A stretch of 64,000 nucleotides of DNA from Syntrophaceae bacterium UBA2251 (GCA_002347815.1 DDXV01000042.1:6720-70719); one strand, 5' to 3'; positions 1 to 9,512 are shown, counted from the stretch's first letter. Notes: generated from the letters alone by a model not told the origin. Program-made: numbers and translations.

Positions 1-341
1 ACGACGAACTTCAGCTCGTCGACGTCGAAGGGTTTGGCGATGTAGTCGTAGGCCCCGAACTTGATGGCCTCGACCGCCCCCTTGATGCCGCTGTAGGCGG
101 TCATGACGATGATGGGCGTCTGGGTGTCCACCTTCCGGAGCCGCTGCAGGACCTGGATGCCGTCGATGTCGGGCAGCTTGACGTCCAGCAGGACCAGGTC
201 GGGGGCGTGCTCCTCGAAACAGCGGAGGGCCTCCCGGCCGGTCGTCGCCGTCAGCGCGACGTAGCCCTCCCGGGACAGGGCCTTCTTCAGGGACTCCAGG
301 AGCAGGGTTTCGTCATCGACGATCAGAATGGACGATTTCAC
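1..341 (-). CDS. Response regulator, N-terminal receiver domain (NtrC/AtoC-like; runs off window edge)
   Basis: Not in ORF track. GTG at 341 after GAGGA reads VKSSILIVDDETLL...DLVLLDVKLPDIDG...IIVMTAY...GAYDYIAKPFD. AAA+ domain not visible in window. Confidence 0.85.
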   Translation of the reverse strand, partial: MKSSILIVDDETLLLESLKKALSREGYVALTATTGREALRCFEEHAPDLVLLDVKLPDIDGIQVLQRLRKVDTQTPIIVMTAYSGIKGAVEAIKFGAYDYIAKPFDVDELKFV

Positions 342-351
342 GCTGCCGTCC

Positions 352-2361
352 TCACACCGTCAGGGCCGCTTCGAACCCCTCGCGGATCGCATCGATCATG
401 TTCCGGGGGGACGCGGCGTCCCCGAGGGTCACCACCGGCGTCCCGTCCTGTTCGATCCGGCGGGCCAGGTCGTTGACGGATCGGGCCCCGACGGCCATGA
501 CCACCGTATCGGCCGGGATGGATTCGCGACCCGCGGCCGTTTCCACGACGACGTCCGTATCCGTGATCGCGACGAGCTTCGTCCCCGCGCGCAGCGCGAC
601 CCCCTTCATCTGAAGGTCCTTCATGAGCACCCAGCGCGTCGAGGGCCCCACATTGGCGGCCATGCGCTCCACCATCTCGACGACCGTGACCTGACGGAGA
701 GAGCGACAGAGCAGCTCCCGCAGGCGCTGCGGGTCCTCGGCCCCATGAACCAAGAGAAACGCCGCGTTTTCCGGTTTGGGGCAGTCTGCCGAGACCAGAA
801 AATCGGCGGTTTCGCACCCGACGGCATTCCCGCCGATCACCACGATGCGGCGGCCGATATGGGCGACATTCCCCCTCAGCACCTCCCAGGCATCCACGAC
901 ATGGGGCTTGTCCGCCCCCGGAACGCCGACCGTGATCGGCCGGGAGCCCGTGGCGACGGCGACGAGATCGGGCTTCCCCCGCTTGACCTTGGCCGCCGTC
1001 AGGGGCGACTTGCGCCGGACCTTCACGCCGGCCGCGCGCATCCGCGCTTCCAGGCTCCGGGCCACATTCAGAAACTCCGCCTTCCCTGGGGGCGCCGCCG
1101 CCAGATCGACCTGTCCGCCGAGCTGCGCCTCCTTTTCGAAAAGGGTCACGTCATGACCGCGCAGCGCGGCGACCCAGGCGAACTCCATCCCCGCGGGACC
1201 CCCGCCGGCCACATAGATCTTCTTCGGCATCCGGGCCGGAACGATCTTGAGTTCCCCCTCCCGGCCCACCGTGGGATTCACGAGGCAGGTGACGCCCTGG
1301 CCGGTGAAGATGCCGTCGAAGCAGCCCTGGTTGCAGGAGATGCAGCGGATGGCCAATGCCGCCTGCCCGTCCCGGACCTTCCGCGGAAGATCGGGATCGG
1401 CCAGAAGCGGCCGCGCCCAGCCGACCATGTCCGCGGCGCCGGAGCGGAGCACCTGCTCGGCCACGACGGGATCGCCCAGGCGATTCGAGGCGAAGACCGG
1501 CACGCCGACCTGCTCCTTGATGCCCCGCGCCAGATAGACGTAGGCGGCGGGCGGCACATGGGAGGTGAGCTGCGGGGTGGTGGACTCGTGCCATCCGCCG
1601 GTGACGTTGATCGCATCGATACCCGCCCGCTCCGCCTCCCGGCAGAACAGGGCGGATTCGGCGTTCGTGTGTCCGCCCTCCATGAAGTCGTTCCCCGCGA
1701 CCCGGATCCCAATGGGAAAATCCGGACCCACCGCCGCCCGGACCGCCCGGATGACCTCGAGACCGAACCGCATCCGGTTTTCGATGGGGCCGCCGTAGGC
1801 GTCCGTGCGGAGATTCGTGAGCGGGGACAGGAACTGGCTGACGAGGTAGCCCGTGCAGGCGATGATCTCCACCATGTCGAAGCCCGCGTCCTTCGCCCGC
1901 TTCGCCCCCCGGGCAAAGCCCGCCTGGACCTCGCGGATGTCCTCCTCCGTCATGGCCTGCGGCACCAGTCCGGTCAGGCGGCTCTTCAGGGCCGAGGGGG
2001 CCAGGGCGGGTTTTCCCGTGTAGAGCGGCGACGGGGCGTTCCGACCCATGTGGAAGAGCTGGATGGCGATCTTCGTCTGTGTGTCGCGGTGGAGTTCATC
2101 CAGAAAGATGCGAAACGCCTCCAGGGCCCGGTCGTCGAAGATGCCGGGCATGGCCGGCGCCGCGCCGCGGTCGTCGAAGGCGACGGGTCCGAGGATCATG
2201 AGCCCCACCCCGCCGTGCGCTCGGCGGCGATAAAAATGCTGCATCCGCTCCGGAAACGAATAGTCTTTCGTATAGTGCAGGCCCATGGCGGGCATGACCA
2301 TGCGGTTTTGAATGAACAAACGGTTGATGATGATCGGTTCGAACAGCCTGACGAATTTCAT
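352..2361 (-). CDS. NADH:flavin oxidoreductase, 2,4-dienoyl-CoA reductase (FadH)-like
   Basis: Old-yellow-enzyme TIM barrel (NRMVMPAM, SPLTNLRTDAYGG), 4Fe-4S motif CISCNQGC, FAD-binding VAGGGPAG and VIGGNAVG; 669 aa. Confidence 0.9.
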   Translation of the reverse strand: MKFVRLFEPIIINRLFIQNRMVMPAMGLHYTKDYSFPERMQHFYRRRAHGGVGLMILGPVAFDDRGAAPAMPGIFDDRALEAFRIFLDELHRDTQTKIAIQLFHMGRNAPSPLYTGKPALAPSALKSRLTGLVPQAMTEEDIREVQAGFARGAKRAKDAGFDMVEIIACTGYLVSQFLSPLTNLRTDAYGGPIENRMRFGLEVIRAVRAAVGPDFPIGIRVAGNDFMEGGHTNAESALFCREAERAGIDAINVTGGWHESTTPQLTSHVPPAAYVYLARGIKEQVGVPVFASNRLGDPVVAEQVLRSGAADMVGWARPLLADPDLPRKVRDGQAALAIRCISCNQGCFDGIFTGQGVTCLVNPTVGREGELKIVPARMPKKIYVAGGGPAGMEFAWVAALRGHDVTLFEKEAQLGGQVDLAAAPPGKAEFLNVARSLEARMRAAGVKVRRKSPLTAAKVKRGKPDLVAVATGSRPITVGVPGADKPHVVDAWEVLRGNVAHIGRRIVVIGGNAVGCETADFLVSADCPKPENAAFLLVHGAEDPQRLRELLCRSLRQVTVVEMVERMAANVGPSTRWVLMKDLQMKGVALRAGTKLVAITDTDVVVETAAGRESIPADTVVMAVGARSVNDLARRIEQDGTPVVTLGDAASPRNMIDAIREGFEAALTV

Positions 2362-2485
2362 TCCATTCTCCTTGACTCACGAACGGCCCTGCCGGTCGAT
2401 CCCGGTGAGCGCTGAATCCTTGGGTTCATTGCCCCGTCACCCGCCGACGGGGCGGCGGAGCGGCGGCAACCCGCGCGGCCGGGGG

Positions 2486-2971
2486 TCACGCCCCCTCGGT
2501 CGGCCAGGGAACGGGAAAGCCTTCCGGAATCTTCCGGGCCTGCCAGGTCCCCCGGACGTGCGCGACGACCGTCTCGTTGGCGTCCTTCAGATCGAGGTCC
2601 AGAACGAAATCGGCCTTGCCCTTGGCCTCCAGCCCCGCGAGCACCTCGGCCACCTGCGCCTCCGTCATGTCCACCGTCAGGGTCACATCGGTGAGCGCGG
2701 GCTGCAGGTACCGGATCTGCACCTCCCGGACGATCGGGAAATACTTGCGGAAGTCGAAGGCCACGCCGAAGATCGCGCCCCCCACCACCTCTCCGAGCGA
2801 GAAGAGCGCGCCGGCATACATCATCCCCACGTGATTGACATTCCCGGCGAGCGGCATGACGAGCTTCACATGACGGTCCCGGAACTCCAGGGCCTTCAGG
2901 CCGAACCGGCCGATGGCCTCGATCCCCGTTTCGACATAACGGGCCACCCCCTCGTATTTTTTCTCGATCAT
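2486..2971 (-). CDS. Hotdog-fold thioesterase (PaaI/YiiD C-terminal-like)
   Basis: GNVNHVGMMYAGALFSLGE motif; starts 4 nt after the stop of the upstream gene. Confidence 0.8.
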   Translation of the reverse strand: MIEKKYEGVARYVETGIEAIGRFGLKALEFRDRHVKLVMPLAGNVNHVGMMYAGALFSLGEVVGGAIFGVAFDFRKYFPIVREVQIRYLQPALTDVTLTVDMTEAQVAEVLAGLEAKGKADFVLDLDLKDANETVVAHVRGTWQARKIPEGFPVPWPTEGA

Positions 2972-2974
2972 CCG

Positions 2975-3781
2975 TCATCTCCTCCGCCAGTTGGGCGGGC
3001 GGCGCTCCATCATGGACGACACCCCCTCCCTGAAATCCTCACTCCGGAGCAGGATGCTCTGCAGGTTGGCCTCCATGTCCAGATGGGTCATGAGATCGAC
3101 CCCCTCGCCCTTCCGGACGACCCGCTTGACGGCGCCGACGGCGAGAGGGGCGATACCGGCGATCTCGGTCGCCATCTTCTCCGCCTCCGCCATCAGGTCC
3201 CGGGCCGGGAAAATGCCGTTGACCAGCCCCAGCCGCAGGGCCTCGGCCGCCGGGTACATCCGGCCGGTCATCAAAATTTCCATGGCCTTTGCCGCCCCGA
3301 CGACGCGCGTCAGGCGCGCGGTGCCGCCCAGGTCGGGGATGGTGCCGAACTTGAGCTCCGGCATTCCCCAGATGCAGTCGTCGCTCATCAGGCGGATGTC
3401 GCACGGCAGGACCAGTTCCATCCCCAGCCCCAGCACCCGGCCGTGGATGGCACAGATGATGGGGATCTCGATGGTCTCCAGGCGGTTGAGGTACTGCTGG
3501 TACCGGGAGATGTCGGCCCGGATGGACGCCCCGCCCGCCGCTGAGTCCTTGAGAAAGCGGTCGACCAGGCCCGCCAGGGACGGAAAATCGACGCCGGCGG
3601 AGAACACGGGGCCCTCGCCGCGCAGGAGGATGACCCGGATGTCCGCGTCGGTGATCAGGTCCTCCACCATCTCCGAGATCGTGACGAGCATCTCGAACGT
3701 GATCGCGTTGCGTTTTTCCGGTCGATTCAGCGTCAGATAAAAGATCGGCCCCTTCTTCTCTCCATGGATCGGATCGGACAT
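2975..3781 (-). CDS. Enoyl-CoA hydratase/isomerase (crotonase family)
   Basis: LNRPEKRNA, FSAGVD, GLGMELVLPCDIR, PELKFGTIPDLGG (both catalytic Glu positions). Start taken at ATG 3781 after GAGGGAG. Confidence 0.9.
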   Translation of the reverse strand: MSDPIHGEKKGPIFYLTLNRPEKRNAITFEMLVTISEMVEDLITDADIRVILLRGEGPVFSAGVDFPSLAGLVDRFLKDSAAGGASIRADISRYQQYLNRLETIEIPIICAIHGRVLGLGMELVLPCDIRLMSDDCIWGMPELKFGTIPDLGGTARLTRVVGAAKAMEILMTGRMYPAAEALRLGLVNGIFPARDLMAEAEKMATEIAGIAPLAVGAVKRVVRKGEGVDLMTHLDMEANLQSILLRSEDFREGVSSMMERRPPNWRRR

Positions 3782-3812
3782 CGCTCCCTCCTGCCGTAAA
3801 AAAAGTTGCCCC

Positions 3813-3841
3813 CTTATAGGAATTTTTCCCCCCGCCGTCAA
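3813..3841 (-). promoter_or_regulatory. sigma70-type promoter internal to the acyl-CoA cluster
   Basis: Minus strand TTGACG-N17-TATAAG, about 30 nt upstream of the hydratase start. Confidence 0.65.
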
Positions 3842-3872
3842 TCGATGTTTCCCGGATTCCGGGGGGATTCCG

Positions 3873-5536
3873 TCACGCCACGGCGGCCTTGTCCCGCAAC
3901 TCCCGGCGGAGAATCTTCCCCACGGCGCTCTTGGGAAGGCTGTCGGTCAATTCGTACCGCTTCGGCACCTTGTAGGCGGCCAGGCGCTCACGGCAAAAGG
4001 CGTCGAGTTCCCTTTCGGTCAGTTGCACGCCGGGTTTGGGAACGATGAAGGCCTTGACCGTCTCCCCCCGGTATTCGTGGGGGACGCGACGGTACAGGCT
4101 TCGAGCACGCCGGGGTGCTCGTAGAGGACCTCGGCGTGCTCCCGGGGATAGATGTTATAGCCCCCCGCGATGATCATGTCCTTCTTGCGGTCGACGACAT
4201 AGATATACCCCTCTTCATCCATCCGGCCGATGTCCCCCGAATAGAACCAGCCGCCGCGCACCGACTGTTTCGTTTCTTCCGGCATGCCGTAGTACCCGCC
4301 GCACATCTGCGGCCCCCGGAAGCAGATCTCGCCCTCCTGACCGACGGGAAGTTCCGTCTTGCCGGTCTCCAGATCGACAATCTTCACGTCCGTGTTGGGG
4401 AGAGGCACGCCGACACTGCCCGGCTTGAGCTTGCCCCGCCAAGGCGTCATGTTCGTGATGGACGTCGATTCGGTCATCCCGTACCCCTCCACGATGCTGG
4501 CGCCCGTGGCCTTCTTCAGGGCCTCGATCGTCTCGATGAGCAGCGGCGCGGCCCCGGAAAAGAAACCTTTGATGAACGACAGGTCGGTTTTCCGGAATTC
4601 CGGCAGGGCCATGACCCCCACGTAGATGGTCGGCACCGCGAGGAAGATCGTCGGACGGTACTTCCGGGTGATGTCCATCACCGCCTGGGGCTCGGGACGG
4701 GGCACGAGGATGGCCGTCCAGCCCTTGCAGATGCTCAGATTCATGACCAAGTTAAAGCCAGCCATGTGGAAGAAGGGAAAGATGGCCAGTTCGCTGTCCT
4801 CGCCATCCGGCAGGTCGAAGAACCAGGCCATGAGGATCTGGTTGATCGAGGAGATGTTCCGGTGGGAAATGATTGCCCCCTTCGAGACGCCGGTCGTCCC
4901 GCCCGTGTAGAGCAGGACGGCAATGTCGTCCCATCGGGAGGCGTTCGGGACCGGCTGATCGGGATATTTGCGGATCAGGTCCATGAACTCGTAAACCCCC
5001 GCCTGGGGTTCGATCTTGCGGAACATGGCCTTTTTCGCGTAGGGGAAGAGCTGCTTCTTCGGAAAGGGCAGGTAATCGTTGATGTGACAGGTCACGATCG
5101 GGCCGATGCCGGTCTTCGTCTTGAGGGTCTGCATCCTCGGCAGCAGGAGGTCCAGGGTGATCGCCATCTTGGCCTCGGCGTCGGTGATCTGGTATTCCAG
5201 CTCCCGCTCGGTGTAGAGGGGATTGAGCATGGCCGGCACGGCGCCGATCCGCATGGCCGCCAGGTTCGCAAGGGTCGACTGGGGCATGTTGGGCAGGAGA
5301 ACGGCGATCTTGTCGTCCTTCTTGATCCCCAGGGCCCGCAGCGCGTTGGCGAGACGATTCACGAGGCCGTTCAACTGGCGGTAGGTGATCCTCTTGCCAA
5401 AATAATTCAGCGCGATCGCGTTTGGGTGCCGGTCCGCCGTCCGCTGAAGCACCTCGGGCATGGTGATTTTCTCGATCTCGATCTCCTGCGGTACGTTCGG
5501 GTGATAGCTTTTGAACCAGGGTCGCTGCATGGCCAT
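3873..5536 (-). pseudogene. Long-chain fatty-acid--CoA ligase (FadD-like) with 1-nt frameshift near the C-terminus
   Basis: YTGGTTGVSKG, GYGMTE, SGDIG, VDRKKDMIIAGG. At about 4087 gtc-gcg-tcc lacks one G. The shifted frame reads [13 protein letters not shown]...LAAYKVPK...[14 protein letters not shown] to TGA at 3873-3875. Could be a sequencing error. Confidence 0.8.
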
Positions 5537-5618
5537 ATCCTTCATCCTTTCTGTTGAACGGGCAACGCAACGATTGAGACGCCCCCGGCGCCGCCGTCGG
5601 GGGCGCAGTGAACGAGGA

Positions 5619-6770
5619 TTAAAGCCCCATGTATCGGCTGATGATGAGCAGCATGATCTCCGAGGTGCCGGCAAAGATCGTATGGACCCGGGCGTCCCTG
5701 AACAGGCGCGCGATCGGATACTCTTCCATGTACCCGTAGCCGCCGTGAAACTGCACGCACTGCCCCACGACGCGGTTGAGCATCTCCGTGATCCAGTATT
5801 TGGCCATCGACACCTTCTTGACGATATCCCGACCCTCCATGTGCTCGAGAATCAAGCTGTCCAGAAACGTGCGGCCCAGCTCCACCTCCGTCGCCATCTT
5901 GGCCATCTCGAAGGCGACATACTGGAACCGGCTGACGGGGCGTCCGAACACCTCCCGGCTTTTGGTGTATTCGATGGTCAGCCGGAGCGCCTCTTCCGCC
6001 GATGCCTGGGCGCCGATCGCGCTCATCAGGCGCTCCTGCTGGAGTTTCTGCATGAGGAAATGAAACCCCTGCCCTTCGGAGCCCAGGAGATTTTCAGCCG
6101 GAACCCGGCAATCGACGAAGGCCATCTCCGCCGTGTCCTGGCTGTGCAGACCGACCTTGTTCAGTTTTCTCCCCTTCTCGAAGCCCGGCGTCCCCTCCTC
6201 GACGACGATCAGGGAAATCCCCGCGTAGGGCGGCTTCGCCTGGACGTCCGTCTTGGCCGCGACAACCACGAGGTTGCAGAGCAGGCCGTTGGAGATAAAG
6301 GTCTTCTGGCCGTTCAGGACATAGTGATCGCCGTCCCGGACCGCGGTCGTCCGGATGGCCGCCAGATCGGAGCCCGTGCCGGGTTCGGTCATCGCGACGG
6401 CCGTGATCGTCTCGCCGGTCACGCACTTGGGAAGCCAGCGCCGCTTCTGCTCCTCCGTCCCGAAGCTGTAGAGGTACGGCACGACGACGTCCGAGTGCAG
6501 GAAGGCGACGAAACCCGACATGTGGCAGACGGCCATTTCCTGGAGTGCGATCACGGAATACAGAAAATCCGCACCGACGCCGCCATATTCCTCCGGAAGC
6601 CACGGGCAGAGGAAGCCCTGCTCGCCGAACTTCCGCCAGAGTTCCCGGGGCACCATCCCCGCCTCTTCCCAGGCCTCGGCGTTCGGGGTGATTTCCTTCT
6701 CGTAAAAGCGGCGCACCGCCTCTCTGAAAATCTGGTGTTCCTGGGTATAGTGTTTTTCCAAAACCGACAT
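5619..6770 (-). CDS. Acyl-CoA dehydrogenase
   Basis: AMTEPGTGSDL, NGQKTFISNG, QFHGGYGYMEEYPIARLFRDARVHTIFAGTSEIM. Confidence 0.95.
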   Translation of the reverse strand: MSVLEKHYTQEHQIFREAVRRFYEKEITPNAEAWEEAGMVPRELWRKFGEQGFLCPWLPEEYGGVGADFLYSVIALQEMAVCHMSGFVAFLHSDVVVPYLYSFGTEEQKRRWLPKCVTGETITAVAMTEPGTGSDLAAIRTTAVRDGDHYVLNGQKTFISNGLLCNLVVVAAKTDVQAKPPYAGISLIVVEEGTPGFEKGRKLNKVGLHSQDTAEMAFVDCRVPAENLLGSEGQGFHFLMQKLQQERLMSAIGAQASAEEALRLTIEYTKSREVFGRPVSRFQYVAFEMAKMATEVELGRTFLDSLILEHMEGRDIVKKVSMAKYWITEMLNRVVGQCVQFHGGYGYMEEYPIARLFRDARVHTIFAGTSEIMLLIISRYMGL

Positions 6771-6857
6771 TCAAAACCTCCTTCCCAAAAAGCAAAAGAC
6801 TCGGAGATCCGGAGGCTCGACCTCATCCTCTCTCGCCCCTCGCCTTTTGCCGCTCGC

Positions 6858-7557
6858 CTAAAGCACCTTGAAGTGCTTGATGTCCATCATGCTTCCCGTG
6901 CGCTTCGGCTCGAAGACCGCCTTGACCCGGGCGCCCACCTTGACCTTCGCCGTCCAGTTTGATGAAGGCATAGGCCAGCAGCTGGTTCTGCTCCGAACCG
7001 ACGATCAGGTCCACCAGTTGATCCGGGGGGATGCCCTTCATCCACTCCTGGTGCAGGTGGGCGTACGGGTTGTTCAGGGCATGGAGCCGTTCGCGCACGG
7101 CCACCCGCGCCCCGTCCTTCTCCGTGGCCCCGTAGTCGTGCATGTACTTGCTCGCCTCGATGGCCAGCCCGGCCACGGCGCCGCCCAGCGATGTCGCCCC
7201 TTCCCGGATGAGCTGTTTTCCCTCGCCCTCCGGCGCCAGCCCCAGGCCCTCGTACCACATCAATTCCATGTACGAGTAGGCGTCGTAGAGTTCCGCCACG
7301 TCCAGCTCCTTCAAGGGATCCTTGATCTTCGCCATCTTGTAGGCCTTCTTCGCGGCCGCCTTCAATGATCGGGAGCTGGCCAGATCGCGATATACATAGA
7401 CACGCTTGCATTTGGGACACTTGACGCCCCAGATCTCCTAGTCATCCCTGAGGGCGGTCAGAAACCGGCTTCCCGTCGCCCCGACGCTCCACGCATAGGG
7501 AACCTTGATGCGACCCGCGTACACCACGTTCCGGGCTTTCTGTTTTGCCTTCGCCAT
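6858..7557 (-). pseudogene. Mosaic remnant of Zn-ribbon/OB-fold (DUF35-type) protein and SCP2-type thiolase fragments
   Basis: ATG 7557 after GGAGG reads as an OB-fold N-terminus (YAWSVGATGSRFLTALRDD*EIWGVKCPKCKRVYV) with in-frame TAG at 7438-7440. It continues in frame into thiolase segments (ELDVAELYDAYSYMEL; YMHDYG..NNPYAH) and OB-fold AYAFIKLDG, then out of frame into KVKVGARVKAVF..DIKHFKVL*. Confidence 0.75.
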
Positions 7558-7686
7558 CACACCTCCCGTATCGCTGATTGAACCCCCGGCTGTCGTCGAC
7601 CGGCCGGACAGACATCCGCGCCGGCGCCGGGCATGGAATCCCGGCGCCGGAGGACGGTCCTCCGCCCTGGCGGGATCCCGAGGGAC

Positions 7687-8649
7687 TTATTTCTTCTTCA
7701 GGCCGAGCATCTCCCGCGCCTGGGCCACCGTCGCCACCTCGCGGTTCATGGTCTCCGCCATCTGCTTCACCCGCGTCACGAGCTGGGCGTTGTTCTTGAC
7801 CTTTTCGCCCTTCTTGAAGTACACGTTGTCCTCCATCCCCACGCGGACGTGACCGCCCAGCATGATCCCCATCGCGTTCATCGGAATCTGGAACGGGCCC
7901 ACGCCGATCACCGCAAACATGGACTGCGGCGGCAGTTCATTGATGAACGACAGGACGTTCGCCGGCGTCGGATACGACGAGGTCTGGAACCCCATCACGA
8001 ACTGAACCATGTACGGCGGATCGAGGTTCCCCTCCCGGAGCAGATCCTGGAGAACCCAGTACTGGCCCGGATGGTAGATCTCGATCTCCGGCTTGATCCC
8101 CTTCTCCTTCATCGTCTTGGCGTACAGGTTGATGTCGGCGTACGTCGCCGGGATGATCGCGTCGAACAGGAAGCCGTCGCGGGGATGGAGGATGGGCTCC
8201 TTGCGGGCCTTCAGGGGGATCTTGAACACGAACGGCCCGAGGTTCAGGCTCGCCACGTCCGGGGGCTCCTCGGCGAAGAGGCAGCACATCCGCTGCTCCG
8301 TCGTCAGCCAGGGACCGCCGCCGGTCGTATTGTTGATGATGATGCCCGGGCAACGCTCCCGGACCATCTTGTTGACCCGTGCATAGTCCTCCGCGTTGGC
8401 CGTGGTCATCGCCAGGTTCTCCGGTACCCGGGCATGGATATGCACGGAGACGGCCCCCGCCTTGTAGGCCTCGTACACCTGGTCGGCCTGCTCTTCCGCC
8501 GACTCGGGGAGATTCTCGTTCATCTCCTTGCCCTGGACCCCGCCCGTGATCGCACAGGTGATCATCATCGGCGGAAGTTTCCCCGTCATCGTCCGCGTCA
8601 TCCACTCGTACGGATTGCGGTAATCCCACATGTACTCTTCCTTCTTCAT
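7687..8649 (-). CDS. Beta-keto acid cleavage enzyme (BKACE/DUF849, Kce family)
   Basis: ITCAITGG, VHIHAR (HxH metal motif), NNTTGG, DVASLN, GGHVRVGMED. Start at ATG 8649 after AGAGGA. Confidence 0.92.
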   Translation of the reverse strand: MKKEEYMWDYRNPYEWMTRTMTGKLPPMMITCAITGGVQGKEMNENLPESAEEQADQVYEAYKAGAVSVHIHARVPENLAMTTANAEDYARVNKMVRERCPGIIINNTTGGGPWLTTEQRMCCLFAEEPPDVASLNLGPFVFKIPLKARKEPILHPRDGFLFDAIIPATYADINLYAKTMKEKGIKPEIEIYHPGQYWVLQDLLREGNLDPPYMVQFVMGFQTSSYPTPANVLSFINELPPQSMFAVIGVGPFQIPMNAMGIMLGGHVRVGMEDNVYFKKGEKVKNNAQLVTRVKQMAETMNREVATVAQAREMLGLKKK

Positions 8650-8753
8650 CGGAATATCCTCCTTTCCTGAATCATCCTGAATGTAAAGATCCTGTCTGCC
8701 CGGTTGCGTCCTTCGCCGCTTTCCCAACCGGCCCGTCCAACTCTGGAAACCGG

Positions 8754-8769
8754 AGCAAAGGGTATGCCG
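8754..8769 (-). promoter_or_regulatory. sigma54 (-24/-12) promoter of the BKACE cluster
   Basis: Minus strand CGGCATACCCTTTGCT = GG-N10-GC with TTGC at -12, about 105 nt upstream of the BKACE start. Confidence 0.6.
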
Positions 8770-9077
8770 CCCCGCCCCGGAATGCCTGCCGAGGACGCAT
8801 GAATCTTCAATCCGCTGTTATTCTAGTTGATTACGTTGCAAACCGGCTGGGGCTCCGGGGGCCGTGCGTGCCCTCCGTGGGGAATCCGGGCGGGGAATAT
8901 GGATGATTTCGGATCAGCGCGTGGACGGTTTCAATCCACCCGATCCCGATGGGGAAGGCGTCCAAAACGGCGCTTTGTCAAATATCGTTTGACCGCTCAC
9001 CCTTATCCGATGTACGGAGGCTGCGAACAGGTTCCGGGCCGGATGAACGGCCCCCTCTGAAGAAAAGGAGACAACCG

Positions 9078-9428
9078 ATGAGCACTCCTCAAGCAGTCAA
9101 AATCACGGACATTAAACTAAACGCCGACAGCCTTTACAGGGAGGAGTCCTTCACGGACCTGACCTATGCGACGATCCGGCGTCTCACACCCGTCAAGATT
9201 GACGGTTCGCCCGACGAGAACCGGGAGACCCTTTTTACCGGGATGGCCCAGCTCATGTCCCCGAGCGGCCCGATTCCGGTTCAATGCATCATCGAAGGGG
9301 CGAAGACGCTCGCCGATGCGGCGGCCAGGCTGCCCGACGCCATCGAGGCCGCGGTCAAAGCCATGATTGCCGAGGCCAAGGAAATGGAGCGTCAGGAAGC
9401 GTCCCGAATCGTCCTCCCCGGCCAGTAG
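9078..9428 (+). CDS. Hypothetical cytoplasmic protein (116 aa)
   Basis: AAGGAG RBS before ATG 9078; ordinary composition (YREESFTDL..TIRRLTPVK..RIVLPG). Confidence 0.75.
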   Translation: MSTPQAVKITDIKLNADSLYREESFTDLTYATIRRLTPVKIDGSPDENRETLFTGMAQLMSPSGPIPVQCIIEGAKTLADAAARLPDAIEAAVKAMIAEAKEMERQEASRIVLPGQ

Positions 9429-9512
9429 ACAGCGCCGGTCCGGAAATACTCGACCGTCACCGGACGCAGCAATCTGCACGCGGCAGGGAAGAAACGTCGT
9501 CCCTGCTGCCGA

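Noticed and set aside
328-2415. Long antisense or alternative-frame ORFs (e.g. 328-2415+, 9609-11774+, 33759-36263-, 41465-43768+, 45750-47861-, 49885-51990-)
   Set aside because: They shadow well-supported genes, are Arg/Gly/Pro-rich with no motifs, and are expected in high-GC DNA.
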